From NCBI RefSeq assembly GCF_009914755.1, contig NC_060945.1: a DNA stretch of 64,000 nt; one strand, given 5' to 3'. The notes under the pieces are model-generated. The model made no database searches, was not told where the DNA came from, and was given only the letters and a program-made list of their open reading frames with translations. The stretch comes from the human T2T-CHM13v2.0 reference genome, Homo sapiens. The translations under genes were made by a program, and so were the position numbers. The first letter of the stretch is position 1, and each line of letters opens with the position of its first letter. Positions 16,199 through 31,842 of the stretch are shown here, in pieces.

Positions 16199-17934
16199 CA
16201 GCAGGTGATGGGGCTGCTACCAGGCCTAAACGCAACTTGAACTTCAAGTTCAAGTTCACTCCTGCCCCGCCAGCTGGCGACCTTTGTAAGGCACAACTGT
16301 GAGTGGCTGATATGCTATGTAAACAAGCCAGGCCAGTGCTCCTCACTGCAACATGTGTTGTCTCCCTCGACGCCAGTGTGTCCATCCAAATGCCAGGGCA
16401 AAATACTAACTGCTTTATTTAGTTGGGAAGAAGGTCAAGGGGTGAGTCTTCCTGGACACTCGCTGCCATGACACACTCCCCAGGGCCAGTCAGCGGGGAG
16501 GCCCCAGGTCTAGGCTTGATTAGTCTTGACGTTGGCGGCCCTGGGGCTGGTGAACTCTGACAGCCAATTGTGGTCAAATAAAGCCACGGCTGGAACCTGC
16601 AGTTCCGCATGGCCCAGCGCACTCTCCACTTCCTCACCACATCTGGGAAGTGGCTAAACCTCAGGATTGCTTCAAATGTGCACACTGCTCCCCAAAGAGC
16701 TGAGGGTGGCAAGGAGATTACAAAGCAAAAAGACATGCAGCTCGGGGTCATTTCTTGCCTAGGTGTGAAGAACATATTTAAAAGTGCATCCAGGCCACAT
16801 CAGAGCAGAATCCTCCTATAACACCCCGTGTCTGACGGGCGAGCCCCGACTCCTGTTGTGACTCGGCCTCCTCAGGTCTAGTTTGCAGGTATCCCCGGTC
16901 TACCTGAGTTGGCTCTGCAGCAGACTCTGTTCCTGTCACTCTCCTTAGTGTAGGTCTGTAAGCATGAGTCATCTTCTTCTTTTGGGGACAGTTTCAGGGG
17001 ATGTGAAACTTGCCCTTTGTCACGCAAAGGAAGGCTGCAGACACAAAGGAGCCGTCTGCCCTGGGGGCTCAGAGTCCTTAGGAAACACAATCGCAACATT
17101 TTTCACTCTTGTGTTTGTCTGCAGGAAAGCCAGTTGTGCCCAGAGTCTTGAAACGCCCAAAGAGTGAGAAAGGAAAAATAAAAGAAAAACATCGCAGCTT
17201 TTAAAAACCAAGAGAGTCAGTGAAGGCTCAGGTTCTGCTCTTTGCAAATTCAGGAAATCCCACAAGATCCTGAAAGGTTGCAGGGAGATTTCTCCTTTTA
17301 CAATAGATGGCTTTGGGTCTAATTTTAATTGCGGATAACTAAGTATAAAAATTAACGTACCCTCGGATTCCAGGAGTAGTCTGCATTTGGAGTATTTTTT
17401 ATGAAGTATTTTTAATTTTGATTTCTCACTTTTCCACTGGAACAACCTAACAGCCAAAATTCATGCTTATGCTCCTCTTCCATTTCCTTACCCAAACATT
17501 TGCCACTATTTTTGACAGTGGAGTTGTATAATTAATTTATTTGGGGATTTCTGGACGGGATACAAATCCTTCAACTTGCACATAATTTCCTGATTCTCCA
17601 TGCTGAATTGAATTAAGATGTCGGCGTACTGTATATACTTGTGTGCAAAGTGCCTGTATTTGCAGATTGCTTGATCCAATCGCACTCACATCACACATGC
17701 AAAATGCAGACTTGAGGCCTAAGCTACTGGCACCAGGACTACCCTCAAAAGTCAGACTGAAAATCAGGTCCTTAGAATATAGAACTCAGTTTTCCATGGA
17801 AATGGCATTTGTTTGGAATTATGGATTGTTTGAAAAATAGCTGTTTTACTTGGAGAAAACCGAAGACATGCAAAGCATTTTCTCTGGAGATGTTCTATGA
17901 AAATGAGTTGTTTGAGGACAGGGACAGAATTTTA

Positions 17935-18316
<382 letters not shown>

Positions 18317-19379
18317 ATCAATGAATCACTCTGCAAACTTTCAGTTTGACAGCCAGTCCTTTACAACGTCGAATTTCACTTGGAAGGCATAGCTTGCTTT
18401 TTCCAAGGCACAGGTATGCTGGGCTCAACTGCAGGCAGGGGAAAAGCTCAGGTTTGCAAAAGGAGTGGAGGGGCGGGCCTCTTTATTTGGCAGAATATCA
18501 CCTATCCCACAAAACACCATGATGTTCTCATGCAATCTTGCATTTCCTTTCCTGAGATTTCATTTTCCCTTTCTAATCTTCCTTTTCCTTTTGATACCAC
18601 AGTTCCCTAGGATCTCAGCTGGGGAACCAAGTTTTAACCAAAACACCCCAAAACCCTGAATTCGCAGCCCCCTGGAGACCAAGGCCACACCTGCTGCCCT
18701 GTGCTTCCCCCAAGGACAGCCACCAGATTTACCAGTCTTCACTCATCCATCAGGCTGTGTGTTTGGGCTGGGGTCACACAGGGCAAGTGACCAAAGTGAC
18801 CTCCTGGGCCTGGCCTCCTCCTGATTCCGATAGTGCCCCTAGCCGGGTGCCTCAAACACACAGCCCAAGGCCACACAGAGCTGCAGCTGGGAGGCCTGAG
18901 GCATGGACATTCTTCAGGGAAGGAAGGCTTGGGGGGCGTCAGCTCCTGCTCACCAGCCTTGCAGCACTTGCCACTGCAGGTAGGAAGAAAGGCAGGTGAG
19001 TGTGGAGGTAGAGAGGGAAGAGAGGGAAGCTTGAGGCAAGCTTGAGGAGGGAGCTGACTTCTAGGTACAGTGCCATCTACCAAATGGGGTCCTTGCAAGC
19101 TGGATATACACATGCCTGGCGCTGCTTGAAAGGAGAAAGGAGAGCTTTCAGTCTCTGGATGGGTCTCTAAGCTCCCCACGCACCCTCCAAATGTCCTTTC
19201 CATTCTTTAAACTGTAAGCCAAGTATCTTTCCACAATTTGTATCTGGAGTTAGTTATAAGTGGTTCTCCATTTCATTAGGATCAGACCAAATTCCCAACG
19301 TGGATGTTAAGGCAATCCCCGCCCTATCTCTCTGTAAGGCTCCCCGCCATCACTCCCCAACCACCGCCACTGGAGCATC

Positions 19380-19742
19380 TCTCAGCTCCCAACAGGCCAG
19401 GTGCTCCTTCCTCACTCTGCTTTCTCTGCTGGGACATGATTCTTCATGCCTCCACCGGGTTAGTCTCCTTGTCACCTGCAGGTCTCAAGTGAATGACAAG
19501 TGGTCCAGGGAGACCCTCTGAACCTTCACCAGGTTCTGTACCTCTGAGCCTTGGCTCCCGCCACACCCATCTATCATGTGTTATCTACTCACAACAGGGA
19601 TGGCCTACTTAATTGCCATGTTCCTTACTAGCCCCCAAGGCTGTGGGTTCTCTTTGGCTGACCGTCGTATTTCTCATGCTAGCCCAGTTCCTGGCACACA
19701 GTAGGTGCACAATGTATATCTGATAAATGAATGAATGAAAGA
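19380..19742 (+). mobile_element. L2 3' fragment
   Basis: L2 terminus gttcctggcacacagtaggtgcacaatgtatatctgataaatgaatgaatgaa. Confidence 0.7.
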
Positions 19743-21273
19743 AATGCCCTTAGTAAATGACCTTGGGGGGTGGGGCAGAGGGAGAGTTCTAATAAAACAG
19801 GAATAGGTACTATATTTCCATCACAGGGTCAATGCCCAATAAAAGTTTGTAATTATATTATTATTACATAGGCTTTTACTTGTGAATACTTATGGAATGC
19901 CTGCTGTTATCTCATGCACTCTCATTTTAGTAGGCCCTTAGCAGGACCAAGGAATATAAATTCCTTGCCATCGAGGAGTGGGCCCTGAAAAACAGCATCA
20001 TTCCCAACTTTTCAAATTCAGCAAGACCCATGCTGCCTCTGGCTTGCTCTCTCCCCTCCTCCCTCAGGGATTCTCGCTGTAGAAGGAAGAACATCATCAA
20101 GAGGGGCCCTAGCTCTTCTTCCTAAGTATAGTTACATACACACCATCTCGCTTTTATCATCCTAACATAGATGATATAAGTCATAGATGAAAGGCACTCT
20201 TAAACCTATTGAACACAGATGGGGAGACTGAGGCTGGCACATCTGAGTCCTACAGGTGTGCCCTCTTCTCATATTACATTATGCTACTTTTCTAGGACTC
20301 ACAGAATCATCGCTAATAGATGTGTGTGTTTTCTATGTCATCATTACGAATCAAAGGAATATTAAATAGGACACAATGGGTTCGGTGTAATCTAGAGTTC
20401 AGGGATTTGGCCAGAATGCAAGATAATAGTGTAGTAAGAACCCTTCCAAGTGACAGCCAGATGAACCAGTGCTGAGTTTATACGTGGCCAAAAGAGAAAA
20501 ATATGCATGGATGTTCACTTGCAGTTTATGAAAATGCTGAGACACAACCTTAAGAATGGCTTCCAGCGGAACATCCGGAAGTCCTCAAGTAGTCCAAGGC
20601 GAGCTGCCGTGGCACTGCTACAAAACCCCTTCAACTTGGGTGGAGGCAGCAATGATCACTCAGGAAGAATGTGATGCTGCCAGGTGCCAGCCTGTGTAAC
20701 CCAGCGACAGGACAAAGGGATTATTCTGCTTCATTATTAAAATGAAGTGTTTACTGTTAAAATACGATTGGGAATTAAAAGGGGCACATATGAATCATAA
20801 ATATTTGCATGCCATTAATGTTTGGACAAAAGAGTTGGAAAGGCTGAGTTGGGAGAACTTCTTTTCCCATGAAAAGCAGTGCTTCAAATTACAGTACATA
20901 TTTAATTTCGTTTCTCCTATTGCTAACAGGAATCTCAGGGCCTGCCGCATATAACCCTTTCACGACCACAGAACCGTATGGGGCCCTGAAATAAGGATAA
21001 GGATTGTGTTTCCTCCTTGGAAGCTCACCCATTTAGACAAACAAAAAAAGCAGACCTCTGGTTGTTGTTGCTGTTTGCTGTTGTTTGCTATGCACTCACA
21101 GAGTCCCCATTGTCTGCCCCATGGTGTTGGTGTCACTGCAAAAAGTAACAACTCCTAACCTATGTCTTGTCTCAGGTAATCAATCCTCATTGTCCCTCTG
21201 TCTTCCCACAGACAAGGGCAAAATCAGGCTTAGACAGGTCAAGTAGCTTGTTCAAGGACAGATAGCTCCAAGC

Positions 21274-21485
21274 CAGTGGTTCTCAACCAGGGGCGATTTG
21301 CCCCCAGGGGACATGACGCAATGGCTTCAGAGATTTCTGGTTGTCACAACCAGGAGGGTGGGTGCTAGTAGCCCCTGAGTAGAGGCCAGGGGTGCTGTTA
21401 AATGTTCAACCATGCACAGGAAAGCCACTCACAGCAAAGAATAACTGGCCCTAAATGTCAGCAACACCCAAGTTGAAACACAGTG
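21274..21485 (+). mobile_element. MER20 (hAT-Charlie DNA transposon)
   Basis: cagtggttctcaaccaggggcgatttgcccccaggggaca...ggttgtcacaacc...gttgaaacacagtg. Confidence 0.9.
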
Positions 21486-21549
21486 GGGAAGCCAGTAAAG
21501 TCCACGTGCTGACCACTAGGCTGTACTGCCTAACATCAAAACAGTCCTG

Positions 21550-21876
<327 letters not shown>

Positions 21877-22718
21877 TCACAGACCATGTATCAGGCATCA
21901 TCTAATGTCACTCATGATACCACCTGGAGCTTTCTAGTTAAAGGCTGGATCTCTTGATTTTGGAAAATTCCTGTGAGCCCACTTCCTCGGGGCTCCTGAG
22001 CACATCTTCCTTTCCACAGTGCTTGGGTCTCCGTTCCTACACACACCCTTGCATGCCACAGCTGTTTTCAAGCTTTTTCCCCAGTGACCTTCTCTCTAGA
22101 GCACACCTACAGCAACTCGTGAGCTCTGTGCAGTCCCTGGCTCAGACACCGTCCACGAACTCCCATTTGGATAGTTAATGCTTACTAGTCACAGATTACA
22201 TGACACACAAGTGATCTCTGTCGAATCTAGGAGCGTTGCTCTACTGTAGGGAGCTTAAAGGAAGCAGATGTATACACGGAGAAGGAAAATTAGGCGTGAG
22301 GGTCCCCATGCAGCACAAAAGCAAGGAAACGGACAAACAAACAAAGCAGACACAGCCTGACCTATTCCAGAAACTCAACCTGCAGCAGGCTCTACCTTGA
22401 TGCACTGGGAACACCTAGGGGAGTCTCCCTACGGATTTTTGTTTTCAAATCATCGTGCCCTGAATCTCAGTGTAAAAACCGGTGATGGCAAAACTGACAT
22501 GCTGGGGCAGGTGGGATAAAGCTCCAGAGGAACCCAGCCATCTGTCTGCGGGTGGCATCTGCAAGCCCATCCTGTGGGCGGCAAACCCACAAACCTTGGT
22601 CCTGTCTCCCCTCCTGCCACGTAGTGCCTTCATTTTTATTTAGGGTATGCAGACTGAGCCATTTTGGTGTCTGGGAGTTGTCTGTCAGTGACACACACCA
22701 AGACCTTGCTTTTATCAC

Positions 22719-23015
<297 letters not shown>

Positions 23016-23572
23016 CTTTATCACTTTTTTAATATGAGTAGACACTGTCCACTGACATCAATTCCCATTCCTAGATCAGTGGCTCCATGGACTCTCTGCT
23101 GAAGTATTCAGGGAAAAGCAGTGAGCCTCTGGCAGAGGGCTTCCTAGTTTCTGCAGTCCTCGTGGACCTCACCTGTGTGACATTCATGAGGGGGTGGCTA
23201 CAGTGGGGAGCCTTCTCGGAGAAGCTGCCCTGCTGTGTGTACCACCCCCACCTGCAGCCACTCCTCCAGCCACTGCACATCCCTGACCCAGGATAGCAGG
23301 CAGGGTCAGTGGCGCCAGGGGGATGGTGCAATTCTATGCATACAGAACACTGCTGTTTTCCCTTTAAAAAAAACTTTTAATATTCAGTGATGTTCTCTAT
23401 TTTTTATTCTGTGCAATGTTTTAAAAATAAGTTTTTCATAAAATTTAAAATAAGTTTTTCATACATTTTGATAAGTTTGTAGGGAGGCAGAATGTCAGAA
23501 TAAAAGGGGCAAGGGAAACATTTTACAACCTATGCATGATCAGGGCGAGATCACGCATGACTGGAGCTAGAT

Positions 23573-23775
23573 GAGTTTCTCAATCTCAGCACAACTGACA
23601 TTTGGGTCTTTGTTGGGGAGGCTGTCAGGTTCATGGTAGGACGTTTAGTAGATCCCTGGCCTCTACTTACTAGATGCCACCGGCACTCCCCAACCCAATA
23701 CACGACCACCAAAAATGTCTGCAGATATTGCCAAATGTCTTCTGGGAGTCAAATCACCCCAGCTGGGAAACATTG
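23573..23775 (-). mobile_element. MER20, opposite orientation to the copy at 21274
   Basis: aaaaatgtctgcagatattgccaaatgtcttctggg and atccctggcctctactta are reverse complements of MER20 segments. Confidence 0.85.
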
Positions 23776-25164
23776 AGCAAGATTATGATCAAAATTGATA
23801 AGCAGGGAGAGAAGATACTGATAATAAACTGCCCAGTGGTTTCAGATAGAATAATGAAGGCAGGACATTTGTCCTAGGTACTAGAGACACACCATTTAAA
23901 GAGGCAGACAAAGCCTTATTATGATGTGAGTTAGACTAGCTCCTTACTAATTATAGATAGATAGAAAGATAGATGATTAATACTGACTATCCTCTATACA
24001 ATAGTTTCAAATAGAATGAAGGAAAAAAATCTGTAAAGACCCCAACCCAATGCCTTGAGCAAACTGGAGTGTTTCCACCTCCAGAGATCTGATGAGCACA
24101 CAGATGACCAATTATGCTCAATCTGCCCATATTCCTGTGATTTACCTTGGTTTGCATACGGTGACTCAATTAGGGCCATACACCACCCCAGAGTGCTGGC
24201 CAGCCCTCCTATTAACTGGACAGGCACGTCCTTGGGATAGGTGATGGGGGAGGTGGGGTAGTTCTGCAGATGGCCCTGCCCATACATTCTTAATGATGGT
24301 CTTAAATCTCAAGGTAAAAGCCCAAATTAATCTAAGTTGAGAAATAAACAGGAAATGTACTTACATCTTCTTTGAGAAAAACACAGTTTAAATGGCTCCT
24401 AAATGAATGCTTCCTCACTAAGGAAATCAGAGGAAACGCATTTTCAGTCTAGCAGCAGAATGGCCGTGAGCCTCTCCAAGGAAGTTGCTGGGATTCCTCT
24501 ATGGACCTCAACTGCCTGACACCTTCATTGGAGAACGTTCGGTGATGTCAAATGGAGCTCCTGAATGGGACATGCTGCCCAATATAGACTAACAGGGACT
24601 GGGCAATGTACTGGAATCCCAAATCAGTGCAGTGCAAACTGAATGCCGTCGACTGCTCTGTCTTCAGCAGAGATCAAAATACATCTCCGTTGAATGTAGG
24701 ACTCACAGCAGAACCAATGATGGAGTATGCGTACTGCCTGAAGTCCAGGAATGCATGTTTATAAATACAGACGTTGAAGTGCTGCGATCTGTCCCCATGC
24801 CCCGCCAGGGAGCCGACAAAACGAGCACATGTCATAGTATTCATAGGCAGCTCATTAAATCCACACTGCTCACTTATTAATTTCCATTAATTGCTTTATT
24901 TGGGCTTTAGATGAGAAGATGTTATTCGCATGAATTTAGTCCTCAAAGATAATTTGGCCCAAGAAGTCTCTCAATGGAAGTATGGATATTCTCATTCTCT
25001 CTCTCTCTCTCTCCCCCTTGCACACACGCACACACACACGCACACACACTCCACTGGCTAAGAATCAATGAAGCCTTCAAAAGCATACACTCTCCCCATA
25101 TTGACAGTATATGATTATTCATAAACATCTCTTTACTGATCTGAACTTGTGTCATAATCATCTA

Positions 25165-25507
<343 letters not shown>

Positions 25508-27667
25508 CAGTACACCATCTCTCCTTGTCAACAAGTAATTTTTCCTTAAAAAAAAACAACAAAAAAACCAGAAACACAGAATATGTTCTTCTTTAGCCAA
25601 CCTTCTCCACCCTCTCTTGCCCCTTGCCAACCAGCACAAAAAAGAAAATACAAAACTGATTTATTAGAACCAGAGCAGGGTTGCAGCCGTTGGCTGGATC
25701 ACTGTTTATGTCTATAATGCTTGTTGCTGAAACAGGAAGCTCTAAAAATCACTCAACCATTATTTCTCTTGCAGGCACTTTCTGATTGATAGTCTTCTGT
25801 CCTGACCAAAAAGAAATGCCTCCACCAAACACAAGCCGGCTGGCAAGGAAGGGGTTGAGGGTGGGTGGAGAGAAGTACAGCTTCTGCCCATCAAACTATA
25901 AAATATTGTTCATACAAATAACCTCAATTTAAAAAAGCTGTGTGACGCCATCAGCAATGCCTGACACTTCACAAAATCAGCAAGAAAACTATGAAGGGAT
26001 CAACTGCGAAACTGCTTGTTGCAAGCACAAGCAGTTTTCAAGAAAGCTTTTCCTGCTGGTCCTTGCCATGACTGGGCCACCCCAGGCTTTAAGCAGGGCA
26101 GGGAGCAACTTGCTTTAGGAAAGTGTTGCTATCCTTTTATTGGCAAATGTGAAACCGAAATGAGAAACTTGGTCTCTAGAGATGAATTCTACATCAGATC
26201 ATGGAGGCAAGCTTTTGACCTGCCCGTCGAAAAGCAGCATTTGTTAGGGCTGGTTGAGGCTTGGTATATCAGAGACTGGGTCTTTATTCATCTATATTTG
26301 CTTGCAATGAGATCTGAATACAGATTTCAGTATATATATTATTTTAAAGTGTAGATCAGTATGTAACAGAAGAAAGTGGGAAAATGGGAGAGTTGATTTT
26401 AATATAACTCATGTCTTTTCCTTATATTCTCTCCAGGAGATCTGACTGCCAGTTTATACCATGAACATTACCCGTGAAACAACTCTGGGGTGGTCAGATG
26501 AATTTTTCCTTCTTCTATTATATGAATCTGTTAATAGAATAGAGAAGGACTGGGATCCTACGATAATACTGCGAGTCATTCAGATCATCTCTTGGTAACA
26601 ACCGCTACATAAAGCCAAGCCATGTCTCTTTGTTTAGAATATCAGTACCGTTTATCCTTCCCTAAATGTACCTTCCCTTCCTCTTGACCACACTCTTCCA
26701 CTCACCTGAAGGGCAACCTCCCACACTTTAGCCCAAATAATGTAGAATAATTTAAGAATGAAAATGCCTTAAGCAACTAACATTACACAAATATGCAATA
26801 ACCCAGATTGTGACAGGATAAATATTATGTCTGGGAAGATATTCACAGCAAGAACATACCGAAGGAATTTCATTGTATAAATGTGTTGGGAAAGGATACT
26901 ATTTTGAAAGTGGGCAAGATTAAAGCTGCCAGGGAGGTCAATGTAAACACAAATTCCGCCAAGAAACTCAACGCCATCCTGACAGGCCACAGAACACTTG
27001 GCCTTACAGGGCTGGGTGTGGACACAGTACGAGGGAAGCGACTGTCCTTTCAATGACAGAATAGGCCCCCTCCCCTTTACCCGTGATGATATGTGGGCAT
27101 ACCTGATGGCCATCCAAAGGCCTGGCCAGTGGTTTCAAGGAGATCTACTTTCTTAATTAGACAAACCAGACCCCGGCGATAACAAAAACACAGGTGTTAC
27201 CAAAACAGCACAGGTTCAAGAAAATGTCTAGCTCATTTGTACATGTATTTATTCATTTTCAGGTGTCTACTATATGCGGCATAGGGCTAAGCTGGCCCTC
27301 CATGATCAATGCAAAGTTCCAAATTCACAAATTTTTGGCCTAGGGTCTGTGGATCCCCAGAAGGTCCATAAATGAGTTCTGGTAGCCTAGAAACTGAAAT
27401 GATATACGTAATTCTGTGTGTAAGTGAACACGTGCATTTTTTTTTTGTCCTTGGAAAAAGCCTTCCAAAGGATTTTCAAAAGTATCTATGATGTTCCCCA
27501 AAGATTAAAAATCATATTCTAAGAAAAAACTAGAAAGAAATGTGCAGTAGACCATCTTTCCTCCTGCAGCAACAATGCAGCTGATAAAGCAGCTGGAGAG
27601 ATTTCTTCTTTGGTTCTGAAATGAAATTACTAAAGCTGTATTTCCTGATTGATCAGTTATTCTCTGA

Positions 27668-28039
<372 letters not shown>

Positions 28040-29204
28040 TAAATTTCTCTCAGCTGAAGCCATGATACACTTTCTTGTCATTCTAAAGGTGGCAGGTGAT
28101 GTAGCACTTGCCTCAACTGCAGATGTAAACTGATATAAGCTGCTCAGTGAATTCGTTTCACATAAGAGAATTCCTTTTGACCCTGAACTTCAATTTTTTG
28201 GGGGTGTCATGGAGTCCCAGTCCATTTGGCTAAAATGTGAATTATTCTGAACAATAACCTCTGTGCTCACATGACCTCTGGAGTTCAGCCCGGTCCCCAG
28301 AGCTCCCTAACCCTCATCTCCTGGGAGCTGCTATCTCTTCCTCCTTTGTAAAGGAGCGGTCGATTTACATGGAGATACTGAATCAAAGAGAGAAACATTC
28401 CAAGGGTGAGATACACTCTGAACCAAGATTTAAACTGCCAAGGAGAAAAAGGAGGGAATGGAAGAAAAGAGAGAAGGTTCAGGCTTCTACAGGGCCAGTG
28501 TAGCCAGCGAGGCCATCAAAGCCGGACAGGCAGGTTTTCCCAGTTACGGAATGAACCCGAGGTTAGGAGCTGTGATCCTGGATGGCAGCCAGCGCCCAGA
28601 TAGATTCGTTTTGTAGAACAGAGAAAAACCCTTCCATGTTCAACCTCTGGCAGTTTCTATGAGGTTTACAATCCCCATGGACTGGCAGCTGGTCACAGAA
28701 AGAGAACTTCTTTCTCTACCTTTCATTTTGCACCACTTACTAGGCCCCTTGGAGAATCCATCAGACTGGTGGCTTTTGACAGAATTCAAAATTGGCACTG
28801 AAAGTTTGGATGAGCCAAGAGCCAGGGCCTTCTGAGCCATGGCGTGGTGTGTTCATGCCAAGGGTATATTTTCAAGCACATTTTCAAAAACAGAAAATGA
28901 GACAGTTGTCTTAAGATCACTTAATAAAACGTAATGAAACTGTTAAAGGTAAGATTCAGTGAGGAAGATTAAGACTAATTGTTAAAATTAGTCAGAATGA
29001 TCTGCTCTCTTCCTAATGGGAAGCAAATTGCAAAAAAAAAAAAAGAAGAAGAAGGAAAAAGAAAGAAAAAAATCTGGCAGGCTTTGGTGTTGACACTTAC
29101 ACTTGAAAGAGAAAAATCAAGTTATATTTTATGACTATGGAAAGAAATTATGACAGAGTCAAATCGGGCCTTCAGACAGCTCATTTACTTTTGTAGCGCT
29201 GACT

Positions 29205-29205
<1 letters not shown>

Positions 29206-29235
<30 letters not shown>

Positions 29236-29258
29236 TACACACACACATATATATATAC
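29206..29258. repeat. Compound (A)n(TA)n(CA)n(TA)n microsatellite
   Basis: Read directly from the sequence. Confidence 0.9.
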
Positions 29259-31207
29259 ATCTCAAGACCAACAATATTCATATCCACAGTAATTACAATT
29301 GGGTCAAATGTTCCATTAGGGTTTCCGTATTTTTTATTGCTTATTATCACTGGTGGGAAGGAGAGTCTGTTCAAAATATTGTCTGTTTATGGCATTTCAA
29401 TTAATTTTCTCATTCCAGAGTATGGGAAGACAGCCCAGCCTTGGTTGCAGCTATTTTACTTTTTGGGGTTTATGCAAACTCAAGGGCATACTGGCACGAA
29501 TCCTGCAGCCAAATGCAAACACTCCACACCTTGGGGAAACAGTTCACTGTTACCCAAGTAAACACAAGCACCTATTAGTCACCCACTCAAAACAGAAATG
29601 GTCAATGAGGGATGCAAGATCAGCCATCAATGCCAGAAAAGAAAGCACACTGCTTTCAAAATCTCATTTTTTTATTATCACTGGTTTACTGTGCATTGCC
29701 GGAAAGCCACTACTGAACTTCTTGTGGGAAAATGTCACTGGCACGGATCACTAAATAGTTTTTAAAACTTTTATGACCAAAACCTAACTTGAAGACCCAC
29801 ACAGATGCATAGTATGATGATAACACTTTCTCTAGAAAAGCAATTCAATGATACTTAGCTATTGATTCCTAACAGCAGAAATCCACAAGAACTGAATTAA
29901 GAGAGTTAGCTAGGCCGATGGGCATGGACCAGGCTGTGGGGCCTTTGTTTTTTATTGGCTTCTCACCCACTCTGCCAGCTACTCATCCGAAGCCTTTAAG
30001 ATGTTTTCTAGACACACATCTCTGAATCATAATGCAAATTCCATTTACTGAAAGGTGGGGACTTTTAATACAACAAGTGAACCCATTTAATGACTTATGC
30101 TTTTATATCTTATAGCATCACTCATGCTTTCAAAAAGTGGATATAATTTTCTTTGCATTACCCTATTATTAATATAGTACTATGAATATATATTTTCAAT
30201 CACATTATATAAATTTTTTATTTTCTCCAGCTATGATTCTATTATGAAAATGCTCCAGATAGCTAGGATAGCAAAAATAATCACCAAAATAATCAACTCA
30301 CATTTACCCCTTTCTCCTTTCTGACTAATCAAATTCTCTGAGAACTGAGATTTTCTTGTTTTTAAATGCCTTTTTAAAGAGTAATAATTTCTCTTATTTT
30401 AAATGTTGTTTGATTGGTGCTTCCATTTTTTTCAATACGAGAACTATTACTGTTATTTAGGTATTTACCATAAGTCTTTTTATTATACTTGAAATAACTT
30501 ATTTGTAAGCTTAATCGGTACTATATTACAAAAAATGAGTTTAAAAAACTATCTTACCTCCCTCAACTAAACTTTTACTACTTGTTGCTATTTATAAAAT
30601 ATGATTTGGTTCTTACAATGTAAAGAAAACATAATACTTGAAAATAATTGGAAACCAGAAAAAATTACAATAAGCCAAGATTCCTATTTCTGCTCTAATG
30701 CTTTGATAATGAGTTAAAGGCAAGGAAAAATAAAATCACACATGGAGCTGAAGTAATGCAACAATTTCTTGGATAATCCAATCTCTAATATTATTAGTAT
30801 CTAAAATGCTAACCAGGCCCAACCCCTCCTCCTAAATAAGGCATTGAAAAGAAATACAACAGGAAGATCATACTGCCATCAATGGTACTAACATTATTTC
30901 TTCATGTCTTTTTCTAAAAAGGTAAGCTTGCTTGAAACCATGTTTCAACATCATACACTAGAAATCCCTAAAATTATTAGAAGTGGTCATTCGAAACTCT
31001 GTCACTTTTCACAGATAGCCCACAGATCATACGTCAACAGTTTCCATTAAATAGCTTTTGTATTGTTATCCAAGAGAGAATCCTCATTGTAATTGTATAA
31101 TCCTAGTTTCATTAAAGTCAGTTTTATATTTTTTGCATTTTAGTAAAAATCTCAGGCATTTCTTTGAAATTCACAATTCCTACGCTGCATGTTCCAAATC
31201 AGTCTTA

Positions 31208-31573
<366 letters not shown>

Positions 31574-31765
31574 CTAAACACCAGTCAAAGGACAAATGCA
31601 GACATCAGGGATGTTATACATACACTTTTAGGGCATTTGTGTAGTGATTATTCTAAAATTAAATGTATATTCAATGATTTCTTTTTAGGTTGCAGAGGAA
31701 TAGCAATGATAACTTAAGCAAAACAACAGAAAAGTTATAAAGAGAAGACACTTTTTAATTATATT

Positions 31766-31842
31766 TTAGGTTGGTGCAAAAGTAATTGCAGTGTTTGCAA
31801 TTTTTAACTCCAAAAACTGCAGTTACATTTGCACCAACCTAA
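31766..31842. mobile_element. MADE1 (Hsmar1/mariner-derived MITE)
   Basis: Terminal inverted repeats ttaggttggtgcaaa...tttgcaccaacctaa, 77 bp in total, followed by TA. Confidence 0.93.

Noticed and set aside
27310-27515. Possible old hAT/Charlie fragment (a similar hint at about 58170-58410)
   Set aside because: The resemblance is too weak to assign a family without a repeat-library search.
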